A DNA stretch of 63,692 nucleotides, filler included, from Acidimicrobiia bacterium (GTDB lineage Bacteria; Actinomycetota; Acidimicrobiia; Spongiisociales; JAENVV01), in assembly GCA_041577335.1 (NCBI GenBank). It is 4 parts of 4 records of this genome, joined end to end, with 100 filler letters (N's around TTAATTAATTAA, not from the genome) between each part and the next. Parts side by side here need not be neighbours in the genome. Positions count along the whole stretch, not along the records: positions 41,418 to 61,399 come from JBFGJH010000065.1; 3 more parts are not named here. One strand, written 5' to 3'. A program made the translations under genes and the position numbers. Each line of letters starts with the position of its first letter. Positions within the stretch are counted from its first letter, which is position 1. Below the pieces are notes generated by a model that was not told the DNA's origin, searched no databases, and saw nothing but the letters and a program-made list of their open reading frames with translations. Shown here in pieces: positions 50,265 through 59,772 of this stretch.

Positions 50265-51617
50265 CTAGCGGTCTGGGATGGGTGAAGTCTCGCCACTCGC
50301 CATGTGTCGCTCCAACCACTCCCGTATCGCCACTGTCGCTTCGACGTCGCCTCGGTTGTACGCCTCAAGCCATGCCTGCGCCTCGCCCGCCTCCCACACA
50401 TGCCCCGCCAGTGGCGCAATCGCCTTCAACGACGTGCCCTCGCCGGTGATCCATCCCGCCTTGAACACCCGCTCCATGTCCACCCACTCCTCGGAACCAA
50501 TGAACGCCGCCACCTCCCCAGCCCACACCTCGTCTGCGGCGGTGATGCGGCGCATCTCACGGTTCTCGGCTCCCTCATGCCAGCAACACGCCTTCACCGT
50601 CCACCCCGCCTCGGCCGCGCGCAGCCGCACATCGGTCAGCCAGTCCCAGAACTCCCGGAACACCACCGTCTCGGTGTCCGGGGTGGGGGGCTCCCACCGC
50701 ACGAACGCCCGGTAACCCTCTCGGGTGATGCCGGTGTTGGCCCGGTCGGTGACGTAGGCGCCCCACATGTATACGCCGTCGTCGGTTGACTCCATGTCGA
50801 GGTCGATCTCGATGTCGGCCCGCGGCACGTCGGTCACCCCGCCGGCGAGCAGCTACACCGGCTCCGGTCCGGTCGCCGCTCTGGCGTTGAGGATCGCCAT
50901 CCGGGTCCAGGAACCGAACCGGGCCGTGGCCGGGTCGAGGCGCTCGGCGATGTCGCCGGCGGTGGCGATGCCGGCGGCGTGCAGGGCGGCGATCCGCTTC
51001 TTCGCCTTGGGCCACAGCTCCCCGATGGCGGTGCCCTGGCCGGCGGTGGCGGCATCTTCGAGCCAGCGGGCTACTTCGACGCCGTCGTCGATCAGCGTGG
51101 CCGTCTCGATGTCGAGGGCGGCAACGCCGTCCCGGTCGGTGATGCCGGCGCTGCGCAGCGCCCGCCATTGCTCGTAGCGGAGCTGGGGGAGCAGCGAGGC
51201 GTCGCCGCTGCCGGCGAGGAGGGTGACGTTGCACACCTCGAGCCACGGGCACGTCGGGCAATCGCTGCAGCGCATCGGCTCGACGAGGAGCTCCGGTGTG
51301 GCATCGGCCTGGTGGTGGAGGGCAACGGCGGCGATGTTACGGCGGAACTCGAACTCGAAGTCGTACGCCTCGAGCGTGGTGCGCTGCTTGACCTTCTTGC
51401 CGTCCGACTTGGCCGGCGTCCGCCACATCGGCGCGGCGAGGGGATACCACAAGATGCGGGCTTCCTTGCCGATGATGCCGCCCCACGGCTCGGTCGCCGC
51501 CACCCCCAGTGCTTACAGCATGCGCCGATAGTGGGCGAGCTGGAGGGCGTCGTCCTTGTTGCGGCGCAGCTGGTGCCGCGGATCGGCCTCGGCGGCAGTG
51601 ATTCCGACCGTCGCCAT
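50265..51617 (-). pseudogene. TM0106-family RecB-like nuclease/RNase H-like gene, 5'-truncated with two in-frame stops
   Basis: One reading frame: RRNKDDALQLAHYRRML*(TAA 51513-15)..CSDCPTCPWLEVC..GPEPV*(TAG 50853-55)LLAGGVTDVPRADIEIDLDME..YMWG..SLKAIAPLAG..YNRGDVEAT. Confidence 0.85.
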
Positions 51618-51644
51618 AGATCTCGCTGCTCAGGTCCCCTCGTC

Positions 51645-54600
51645 TTACCTCTCGCCCGCGTCCGTCGCCTTGCGACGCCGGATCCACAAGAGACCACCCG
51701 CCCCAGCGAGGAGAGTCAGCAGCGCGAAGCTCATAGCCGCGAGCCCACCCGAACCGCTTCCCTCGCCGGGCCCAACGGTCTGCGGATCGGGACCATCCTC
51801 TACGTCAGGTGCCTCTTGGGTAGGCGGAACCGTATCGGTAGAGCTTTCCGAAACCGTGAACGAGTATGCGTCAGGCTGCGTGGAAGATTGGCCATCAGAG
51901 TTGATCACGACGACGTCAACGGTACCCGCGATGTGGGCGGGAGTGACGAGGGTGACCGTCTCGGAATCAACGACCTCGATCTGGCTCGCTGGTAGATCAC
52001 CGAAGGTCACGTCCAAGTCTGCGTCGAGATTGTGTCCCTTGATCGTCACCACTTCACCGCCCACGGTTGTTCCGGATCTCGGGTCGACCGAATCAGCAAT
52101 CGGAGGTCCAGACGGGGCGGTGACTTGGATGAATCCGAACGATTCTTGCTCCAACGGTTCGATCGAGTCCGCCTCGCGATTAGCCGTAAGCGTCAACAGC
52201 GCGTTGCCCGGAGCGAGTTCATCGACAAGGACTTCGACCTCGATCGTGGCCTCCTGCCCGAACGCGATGTCGCCGAGATCGCAGATGAAGCTGTCCACTT
52301 CAATCGCACAATCTCCCTGACTTGGATCAGTCTCGATCAGTGAGAGTGCGTCACCGTGTTGTCCGCTCACAACAACGTTCTCGACGTCAGGTCCCGTAAT
52401 CCCTGGCTCGACATCAAAAGGCCGGTTCGCGACCGTGACGGTGAATCCCCCAATCGCACCAGGGTCGACTGTCGCACCGGTGTCGATTCCATTTGCTCGG
52501 GATGTCATCACGAGCGCGAGATCGGCCGCCAGCGAGACCGAGAATCTCGGTGAGAAGCACGAGGTCTTGGATGCCGCTGTCGTCCTTTTGGTGCCGTTTG
52601 GCTGGATTTCAACACGATCGGTCACGCATATTTCGCCCGTGAAATCACCCTCAGTCACAAACGCATGCTCGAAGACTGCGTTTCCCACGCCGTCCGCGCC
52701 GAGCACCAACAACGGGCCTGTGGAGTCCAAGCCCTCCGTCATAGTTCCGTCGGCCTGGAAGGGGTCGCCCGTGTAGAACACCCCGTCCCTCGTGATGTAA
52801 CCGTCCGTCTCGACCGGCGAACCGTCACCCCAGTCGACGGTCGCCATGACTTCCTCGCCTTCATCTGGATCGAATACCTCGATCGGGAGCTGGATCGTGA
52901 ATCCAAGGCCGGCACTCACCAAGGCTTCGGTCTTGACCTGCGGGGCATCTTCAACGGATGTGACTATCAACTCGACCGTCGCTGGATCCGATTGGAACAC
53001 TCCGTCATCGACGCGATAGTCGAAGCTGTCCCGTCCTACATAATCCGCATTAGGCGTATAGATGAGATTTGCGCCCTCTCCAGTGAGCGATCCATGCCTT
53101 GGCTGCTCAACGATGTCAAAGTCAAGGATGTCGAGGTCTCCATCGGGATCAGATCCGACGAGGGTCACAGCGGCGGATTCATCTTCGAGAATCTCATAGC
53201 TCGGGGGCACGCTTATGACAGGTGGCCGGTAGTTGCGTGCGACAGTGACCGTGACAGTCCCGAAGTCAGATGCGAGTCCATCCGTCGTCTCGAAAGTGAA
53301 CTGATCCACGCCTACGAAGTTGTTCATCGATTGGTAGGTGACCTTGGCGGAGGCATCATCTATTGGTGTGACGGGATTCGACTTCATAACGTGCAGAAGG
53401 TCGCGTTGGAGGATGTAGAACGAGTCGGAATTGACGGTGATCCCCTCGGGTCGGCCAAAGTCACCAAGGATGAATCCGTAGCCGACCCCGGTCGATTTTG
53501 CCTCACCGGCGAAGTCGCCGTCCTCGGTGAAGCGCTGCACCCGAGAGTTTCCATAGTCGCTTACGTAAAGGATGTCGTTCGGATCGACTGCAATCCCTCG
53601 AGCATCATTGAATTGCGCGGGACCGCTGCCGTAGTTGACGCCTTGCGTGCCGCACAAGGCATCGGTGCAGGAGAACCCAAGGCTGCGTTCGTTCTCCGTG
53701 TCGCAAGAAAATGAATTGGTGAGATTGCTATCACATTGACCCATCCAGCCAATAAAGGATCCGGGCTTGAATACACCACCGTCTAGTGAAGAGGGGCCGA
53801 ACTTCAATATACGATCTGGCATGGAAACGTATAGGTTGTTGTCGGAGTCGGTGGCGATATCGCGCATGTCGCTATCCTCGTGCAGAATGCCGAGGAAGTC
53901 GTACGACTCGTACCCGAGGAAATCGGTTGCGTCAGAGGGGCCCTCATAGGCGGCTACGCGCCCGAATCTCTCGCCGACATAAACGATGCCTTGGGAGTCG
54001 GCGGCTATGAAGGTGGGGGTGCTCAATGTTCTGTTGGAAGTGCCAGGGGTGTTTGTCTCGAAGCGACCTAGATTATTGAGTCGTTTGTCGTAGTACTCGA
54101 CGTCGCCTCGCCCTGGGTCCGTGTTGTCGGTGGCATAGATTCCCTTGGTTCTCCAATCTATGTACACATCGCTGAATGTGCCGTTCACTCGGGTGTGGTG
54201 GAGAAGTTCGCCCTCGGAGCCGAATACTGCGAGGCGACTATTCGTGGCTAGCCCTCCTCCGAGGGTGTCACACACCATGTCCCCGTCGTCGTACACGACG
54301 GTCACCCCATCGTCATCGACACTGATCCACTCGGCTTGGTAGGGATAGCTCATCTGGAAGCGATCAGGTCCTGTGGCGAGACCATCAGCCAAATCTCGGC
54401 AATATTGGACTGGGTCCTCCTGCTCAGGCTCTCCGGCAAAGCGGAGGGCGCTCGCTTCGAGCCGGTAGTCGTCAATGAAATACGGCAACAGCGGAGCAAT
54501 GAAGAACCCGTTCGCAGGTCTGTCTGCGATTGTGAACGTGAGTGGGTCGTGGCGACCTGTGTTTGGATCGGAGTCGCTGTCCAACCCGGTGAGGATTATC

Positions 54601-56333
54601 TCGACCTGCTCGTGGGAGACTGCGTCCGGCTGCTGGTCAATGGAGACTGGCGCCGTGTTGGCGCCCTCCAGCTTGACATTGATCATCTGCTCCTGCGATG
54701 CCGAGTTGCCCGAGGCGTCAGTTGCGGTCCAGGTCACGATGTTGATTCCGAGGTCGAATTCGAAATCTTCCGGAGCGTCGCTTTCGACCGTCGGCACGAG
54801 GTCGGCGAGATCGAAGACGCGGGGCGAACCGGGAGGCACAGTGGCCGTGTTCGATCTGGTCTCAATGACACGGCTCGGGGGAGCGAGCAAGATCGGCGGA
54901 AAGCTATCTCGCACTGCGAAGTTCTGCTCAACGATGTTCGAAACGTTCGAGTCACCTGCTTCATTAGCTGGCCCGCTGTCCGCGACCTGCCATTGGAGCG
55001 TTCCTGTATCGCCGGGAAGCCATTGCGCGCGCTCGGGGGAGCCAAGCCGGTAGGGGACGAGAGCCGGTCGGTCACCCTGGCACTCGTCATGAGCCGTCAG
55101 CAGGCGGGAGCCGTAACGGCCTATGGCGGCATCCGCAATTCTCGGCCGGAAAGCCTCGAGATAGTAGGTGTCGGTAACCGGGTCGTAAGTCAGGAGTGTT
55201 CGCTCTTCTTCAGAGAAGCCTGGCGGAAGAGTTCCCGACCGGTCAGTTTCCAACGTGGGCGGCGCTGTGTCATAGACCCAAACCTCCTGAACATCCTGAC
55301 TCGATGCATCGATGCCAATAAGGGTCTCCGTTCGCCAATCCCAGCCCACGGCCTTTTCGAGAATCAGTTCGACGGTCTTCTCTGGTAGGTCCTGCACTTT
55401 GTCCAAGAGCTTTCCTACGAGCCACCTGAGGAGCTTGGGGAGGCCTTTTGTCAGGCGCATGTAGAGATCGACTGCCTTCTTCTTAAGCACGGGGTTCTTG
55501 AGCACGATCTTGTCTGTGAGGCCGTTCACCACGAGCGGGATCAAAAAGAGTGGAAGAAGATCCACGATTGAAACCATGGTTGAGGCACGCCACACGGCCT
55601 TGTTTCGTCCAACGTCGAATCGCAGAATGCCGTCGCTTGTCAGCCACGCATCGTCCTCAAGACCAAGTACTTTCGAGGGGTCGAACAACGGGTCTTCGTC
55701 ATCTGTCACTTTCGACGGATCGAGCAACCGAACATCCGCCGTACTGTTGAAGTGAAACACGGAGGGTGTTCCGAGTTCCCCCCAGTTCTCCTCAAATAGT
55801 GCGCTTGTCGGTATGCCCAAGATATTCTCGTAGTCCGCTTGAGTGGTGCTCTGAAAGAAGAGGGCGTGGCACGCTGGCCCGTCTGCGGTCAAGTATGGGT
55901 TTCGCTTGACTGTGCCCGGCGCAGTGATTGCCGGAGCGCAGAGCTTGAGCTTCAGGTTCGCCTTGTAGGCGGTGTAGTCGGCGCTGGATTTCGTGCCGAA
56001 CCAGGCACTCAAAGGCCAGATCGGCGGCAAGACGGCCAGCGCGGAAGCGATGCTCCACACTGCGCCAAACGTGGACTGACATGCCAGCGCCAAGGCGTGG
56101 TCGTCCGATGCGACTCCGACGCCCGCTGCGCTCCGCAGCGCAACGGCCGCGCTATTGAGGCCATTTTCCTCGACATCTGCTGCTTGGGGCTGCGCGACAT
56201 TAGGCGACTCCAAAGTCGTACCGCTGCTCTCGTCGGCGACTGGGAGTATCGACGCAATCATCGCAAGCAACACGACGACGAGGAAGCGCCCGGCAATACG
56301 AATCGCGTTCGATATCGAGGCGCTGGCCATCAC
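51645..56333 (-). CDS. giant surface protein (HYR-like, NHL repeats, tandem Ig/cadherin-like, PKD, DUF11-like, IPT/TIG, C-terminal TM anchor)
   Basis: Signal peptide, VTWTATDASGN, FNDARGIAVD..YVSDYGNSRVQRF, YTPNADYVGRDSFDY, VDWGDGS, CDLGDI, PRSGTTVGGEVVTIKG, tail GSGSGG-hydrophobic-RRRK. Confidence 0.82.
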   Translation of the reverse strand: MMASASISNAIRIAGRFLVVVLLAMIASILPVADESSGTTLESPNVAQPQAADVEENGLNSAAVALRSAAGVGVASDDHALALACQSTFGAVWSIASALAVLPPIWPLSAWFGTKSSADYTAYKANLKLKLCAPAITAPGTVKRNPYLTADGPACHALFFQSTTQADYENILGIPTSALFEENWGELGTPSVFHFNSTADVRLLDPSKVTDDEDPLFDPSKVLGLEDDAWLTSDGILRFDVGRNKAVWRASTMVSIVDLLPLFLIPLVVNGLTDKIVLKNPVLKKKAVDLYMRLTKGLPKLLRWLVGKLLDKVQDLPEKTVELILEKAVGWDWRTETLIGIDASSQDVQEVWVYDTAPPTLETDRSGTLPPGFSEEERTLLTYDPVTDTYYLEAFRPRIADAAIGRYGSRLLTAHDECQGDRPALVPYRLGSPERAQWLPGDTGTLQWQVADSGPANEAGDSNVSNIVEQNFAVRDSFPPILLAPPSRVIETRSNTATVPPGSPRVFDLADLVPTVESDAPEDFEFDLGINIVTWTATDASGNSASQEQMINVKLEGANTAPVSIDQQPDAVSHEQVEIILTGLDSDSDPNTGRHDPLTFTIADRPANGFFIAPLLPYFIDDYRLEASALRFAGEPEQEDPVQYCRDLADGLATGPDRFQMSYPYQAEWISVDDDGVTVVYDDGDMVCDTLGGGLATNSRLAVFGSEGELLHHTRVNGTFSDVYIDWRTKGIYATDNTDPGRGDVEYYDKRLNNLGRFETNTPGTSNRTLSTPTFIAADSQGIVYVGERFGRVAAYEGPSDATDFLGYESYDFLGILHEDSDMRDIATDSDNNLYVSMPDRILKFGPSSLDGGVFKPGSFIGWMGQCDSNLTNSFSCDTENERSLGFSCTDALCGTQGVNYGSGPAQFNDARGIAVDPNDILYVSDYGNSRVQRFTEDGDFAGEAKSTGVGYGFILGDFGRPEGITVNSDSFYILQRDLLHVMKSNPVTPIDDASAKVTYQSMNNFVGVDQFTFETTDGLASDFGTVTVTVARNYRPPVISVPPSYEILEDESAAVTLVGSDPDGDLDILDFDIVEQPRHGSLTGEGANLIYTPNADYVGRDSFDYRVDDGVFQSDPATVELIVTSVEDAPQVKTEALVSAGLGFTIQLPIEVFDPDEGEEVMATVDWGDGSPVETDGYITRDGVFYTGDPFQADGTMTEGLDSTGPLLVLGADGVGNAVFEHAFVTEGDFTGEICVTDRVEIQPNGTKRTTAASKTSCFSPRFSVSLAADLALVMTSRANGIDTGATVDPGAIGGFTVTVANRPFDVEPGITGPDVENVVVSGQHGDALSLIETDPSQGDCAIEVDSFICDLGDIAFGQEATIEVEVLVDELAPGNALLTLTANREADSIEPLEQESFGFIQVTAPSGPPIADSVDPRSGTTVGGEVVTIKGHNLDADLDVTFGDLPASQIEVVDSETVTLVTPAHIAGTVDVVVINSDGQSSTQPDAYSFTVSESSTDTVPPTQEAPDVEDGPDPQTVGPGEGSGSGGLAAMSFALLTLLAGAGGLLWIRRRKATDAGER

Positions 56334-56644
56334 GGACTCCTCCCATCTGAGAGGAGCGATCAGCCAGCGGCGATTTCCGCTGACCCGAGAAACGCCTCAT
56401 AGTTAGCACCGTGCGACATCTCGAGACCGCAGTGGCGCCTTGACTATAGCGAATCTAGGGGATGGTTGGCCTGGAAACAAACATGTCGGCGCCGGTTCCA
56501 ACAATCGGGCCTGCTGCCCACGACAACTCGGCACGTCAAGCGCAGCAGAGGAGTTGGTGTGAGAAGTGCCGAAATATCCAGGAGGGAACAGCAACAGAAA
56601 TTCTGGTGCGGCTCGGGCGGCATAGGCCCAACAGGTGCCCGCAT

Positions 56645-56737
56645 CCTCATGCCAGCAATACCCGGCCACCGTGTACCCCGCGTCGGCCGCCCGCAGCTAC
56701 AACGTCGGTCACCCTGCCGGGAAGCAGGTACAGGCTC
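56645..56737 (-). pseudogene. TM0106-family gene remnant (two segments fused by deletion)
   Basis: 56645-56711 aligns to 50573-50638 (LRAADAGYTVAGYCWHE vs LRAAEAGWTVKACCWHE). 56702-56737 aligns to 50827-50864 (YLLPGRVTDV vs *LLAGGVTDV). Confidence 0.8.
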
Positions 56738-56938
56738 GAGGCGCTCCCGCACCTTCTACGCACTGCGATGGCGGCGCGACGGGGGTCGCACAGTCTTTTG
56801 CCTCTGTTGCGACTGGTCCCCGCCGCATAAGCTGAATCGACCACCGCAGGAAGAGGTATGCGCGGGTTCTAGTCCGCGTCGGAAGGGGGATGCCGTTTCC
56901 GTCGATGCCTCTGCTGCCCGGCGCGATTGGGGGCCCAG

Positions 56939-57835
56939 ATGGCTAGCAAGAAGCGCGCGCTACTCAAGTCACCTACCAGCTCGAAGAGGCCAGGCGTACT
57001 CATGGTCCTGTCAATGATGCTGGTGTTCGTATGGATTGTCGCACTTCCCACGGCGGCCGCAGATACGGGTCCGGTGCAGTGGAGTCCAGCCGACGGAGGC
57101 AACGGACATTGGTACCAGCTTTCGCCGCGACCGGTGGAAGGAATGGACGACGCTATTCAACTTGCGGCCGAGACCACGTTCTTAGGTCAGCCGGGCTATG
57201 TCGTCAGCATCCTGAGTGCGGCCGAGAAGGACTTTCTCGTCGAGGCCTTCGGCAGCGAAGAGCAGTACGTGATCGGCATCACCGATGAGGCTGAGGAGGG
57301 CGTCTGGCTGTGGGTGAGTGGAGAGCCCACAGACTTCACCTTCTGGGCAAGCGGTGAGCCGAACGACTATATGGGTGAAGACTTTGCCGTCATGAACTGG
57401 CAGCACGAGCCGCATCCCGAGGTGCCGGAGCCACCAGGTGCGTGGAATGATCTCGGTGGAGCTAACGGAATCGCGATATTTGAGTACGACGCGATGGAGG
57501 TCTCGATTGACATCAAACCGGGTAGCGAGAGCAACCCGGTCAACCCGGATGGCGACGGCGTGATCCCCGTGGCCATTCTCACCACCGACACGTTCGACGC
57601 GTTGACGGTCGACGCGGCCACAGTCGTATTCGGACCGGGTGAGGCGGCCAAAGCACACAAGAAGGCACACACCGAAGATGTCGACTCCGACGGCGACTTA
57701 GATTTGTTGCTCCACTTCAAGACGCAGGACTCAGCTCTCGTCCCGGGTGACGTCGCGGCGTGCATCCATGGCTACACCTATGACGGCATATACATCACTG
57801 GTTGCGATGACTTGACGACGGTGCCAGGTAGCTAA
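56939..57835 (+). CDS. secreted C-type lectin domain protein with C-terminal IDIKPG-type module
   Basis: Signal peptide, NGHWY, IGITDEAEEGVWLWVSGE, FWASGEPND, WND, then IDIKPGS..GVIPVAIL..EDVDSDGDLDLLLHF. Start codon uncertain. Confidence 0.8.
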   Translation: MASKKRALLKSPTSSKRPGVLMVLSMMLVFVWIVALPTAAADTGPVQWSPADGGNGHWYQLSPRPVEGMDDAIQLAAETTFLGQPGYVVSILSAAEKDFLVEAFGSEEQYVIGITDEAEEGVWLWVSGEPTDFTFWASGEPNDYMGEDFAVMNWQHEPHPEVPEPPGAWNDLGGANGIAIFEYDAMEVSIDIKPGSESNPVNPDGDGVIPVAILTTDTFDALTVDAATVVFGPGEAAKAHKKAHTEDVDSDGDLDLLLHFKTQDSALVPGDVAACIHGYTYDGIYITGCDDLTTVPGS

Positions 57836-57862
57836 GCGAGCGAACGACGTCATAGGAGCTAG

Positions 57863-57895
57863 TGGAGAACGTCATCCTTGTTGCGGCGCAGCTGG
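57863..57895 (-). repeat. TM0106-family gene remnant (QLRRNKDD segment)
   Basis: 30/33 identical to 51541-51573. Confidence 0.85.
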
Positions 57896-58017
57896 AAGGT
57901 GTCGGCGGCGGCCGTGGCGGCCCGCTGGTGGGGACCGAACCCGTTACCGAGTCGCCTCCCACCTTGGTGGCCATTCGCCTCTGGCGCGGAGGTCCCTCCC
58001 GCTGGCACGGTGGGTTC

Positions 58018-59769
58018 ATGGCAGCGATCAGTCGATCGTGGGTCAATCGACCGAGCTTGGCAGGGCGGTTCAAGTCCACATGGCGCCTCGCGCGCTGGCC
58101 GTTGTTTGGCCTACTTGTGGCGGCAGCTCTCGTGCTTGGGTTCGTTGGCTTCGATCGCTACTTCGTGGAGCAAGATGATCCTCGAGGCATGACTGATCTC
58201 GTCTACTTGACACTGCAGCTGTTCGTTCTCGAGTCGGGGAGTGTGCCCCAATCTGCTGCTCCGTGGCAGCTCGAGGTGAGCCGATTGCTTGCGCCGGCCA
58301 CCACGGGCCTGGCGATCGCTGTCGCTCTCGCCGCGGTATTTCGCGAGGAGCTCTCCGAGCTTCGGCTCCGCTTCCAGAAGGGGCATGTTGTCGTGTGCGG
58401 GTTGGGTGACATGGGCGCCCGCCTCGCCGGGGCGCTGCTCGAGGCTGGCCACAGAGTGGTGGGCGTGGAGCGTGACCCCTCCAATCCTGCGATCGCGCGG
58501 TTGCGTCGACAAGGCGCTCTCGTGCTCGAAGGGGATGCGAGGGACACTGAAGTGCTGCGACGCGCTCGCATCGATCGCGCAGGGTATGTCGTTGCTTTGA
58601 CCGGCGCCGATGACGCCAACGCCGAACTTGCCATCCGGGCCGGCGAACTGGCCCCGCGCCAAGGCCGAGCATTGACGTGCCTGGCGCACGTTCGTGATCC
58701 TGGGCTCTGCGCCCTGCTGCGCTCTGAAGAGTTAGCGGCCGCGCACACCGCGAGCTATCGGCTCGACTTCTTCAACGTTTTCGAACAAGCCGCTCGCGCA
58801 CTCCTCAGCGACTACCCGCCGGCCGGGAGTTTCACTCAAGAGCATGCGCTGGCCATCATCGGGGCTACTCCCGTGGGTCAGGCGATCGTTGTCGAGGCCG
58901 TCCGGCGATGGCGAGTGCAACCCGCTGCGCGCGAACGACGCATCGTTATGGCGGTAATCGATCCGGAGGCGAAGCGGGTGGTGGATGCTCTAAAAGATCG
59001 CTACCCGCAGCTCGAGCACACCGCCGAGTTGCGACCGATTGGGGAACCTTTTGAACACGTCGATCGCGCTTTCCTACGTGCGACCAGCTGGGATGCGGTG
59101 TTTGTTTGCGTCGACGACGATTCCGGAGCGCTCGATATCGGCCTTCAGGTGCGTCGTCTGCTCGGTGACGACGCCACGCCGGTGGTGATCGAGCTGACCA
59201 GGTCCTCGGGCCTGGCCGAGCTGCTGCGGCGTCCCGACGTATATGACGGGCTCAGCGCGTTCGATCTGTTCGAGCTGACGCTCCAGCCCGAGCTTCTGCT
59301 CGGCGGAACGTACGAGGTCCTCGCCCGCGCCATCCACAGTGAGTACGCCGCCGAGCAGCGTCGTCAGGGCGCAACCGCAGCCAGCAACCCATCGCTGGTT
59401 CCGTGGGAAGAACTGCCCGAGTCGCTACGGGAGTCAAACCGGGACCAAGCGGCTCACATCGGAGCGAAGCTCGCTGCTATCGGATGCGCGATCGCCCCCC
59501 TGACCGACTGGGATGCCGATCGTCAAACCTTTGATGAAGCCGACGTCGAGCGGCTTGCCGAGCTCGAGCACGAGCGTTGGGTCGACCAACGTGTCCGCGA
59601 CGGATGGACCGCGGGGCCGAAAGATGTCGAGAAGAAGGTCAGTCCGTACCTCATCCCGTGGGCACAGCTCAGTGACGATGTCAAAGAGTGGGATCGGCGG
59701 GCAGTCAGGGGGATTCCCGGGTTCCTGGCCAGGGCCGGATATCAGGTCGTTGGTTCGGGCATCACCTGA
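58018..59769 (+). CDS. channel-like protein: 2 TM + TrkA-N/RCK domains + RyR repeats
   Basis: TM-loop-TM N-terminus, HVVVCGLGDMG Rossmann motif, ARAIHSEY..PSLVPWEELPESLRESNRDQA, LAELEHERW..GW..PYLIPWAQLSDDVKEWDR. Confidence 0.82.
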   Translation: MAAISRSWVNRPSLAGRFKSTWRLARWPLFGLLVAAALVLGFVGFDRYFVEQDDPRGMTDLVYLTLQLFVLESGSVPQSAAPWQLEVSRLLAPATTGLAIAVALAAVFREELSELRLRFQKGHVVVCGLGDMGARLAGALLEAGHRVVGVERDPSNPAIARLRRQGALVLEGDARDTEVLRRARIDRAGYVVALTGADDANAELAIRAGELAPRQGRALTCLAHVRDPGLCALLRSEELAAAHTASYRLDFFNVFEQAARALLSDYPPAGSFTQEHALAIIGATPVGQAIVVEAVRRWRVQPAARERRIVMAVIDPEAKRVVDALKDRYPQLEHTAELRPIGEPFEHVDRAFLRATSWDAVFVCVDDDSGALDIGLQVRRLLGDDATPVVIELTRSSGLAELLRRPDVYDGLSAFDLFELTLQPELLLGGTYEVLARAIHSEYAAEQRRQGATAASNPSLVPWEELPESLRESNRDQAAHIGAKLAAIGCAIAPLTDWDADRQTFDEADVERLAELEHERWVDQRVRDGWTAGPKDVEKKVSPYLIPWAQLSDDVKEWDRRAVRGIPGFLARAGYQVVGSGIT

Positions 59770-59772
59770 CCG

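Noticed and set aside
50265..51617. Cas4/CRISPR adaptation gene, or stop-codon readthrough (Pyl/Sec)
   Set aside because: The architecture fits TM0106 (RecB-like plus RNase H-like) with no cas1 or array nearby. One stop is TAA, and a paralogous remnant has TAC at the TAG position.
57862..58017. Longer N-terminus for the RyR-domain gene given in the ORF track
   Set aside because: This stretch contains a TM0106 remnant on the opposite strand, so ATG 58018 is the more plausible start.
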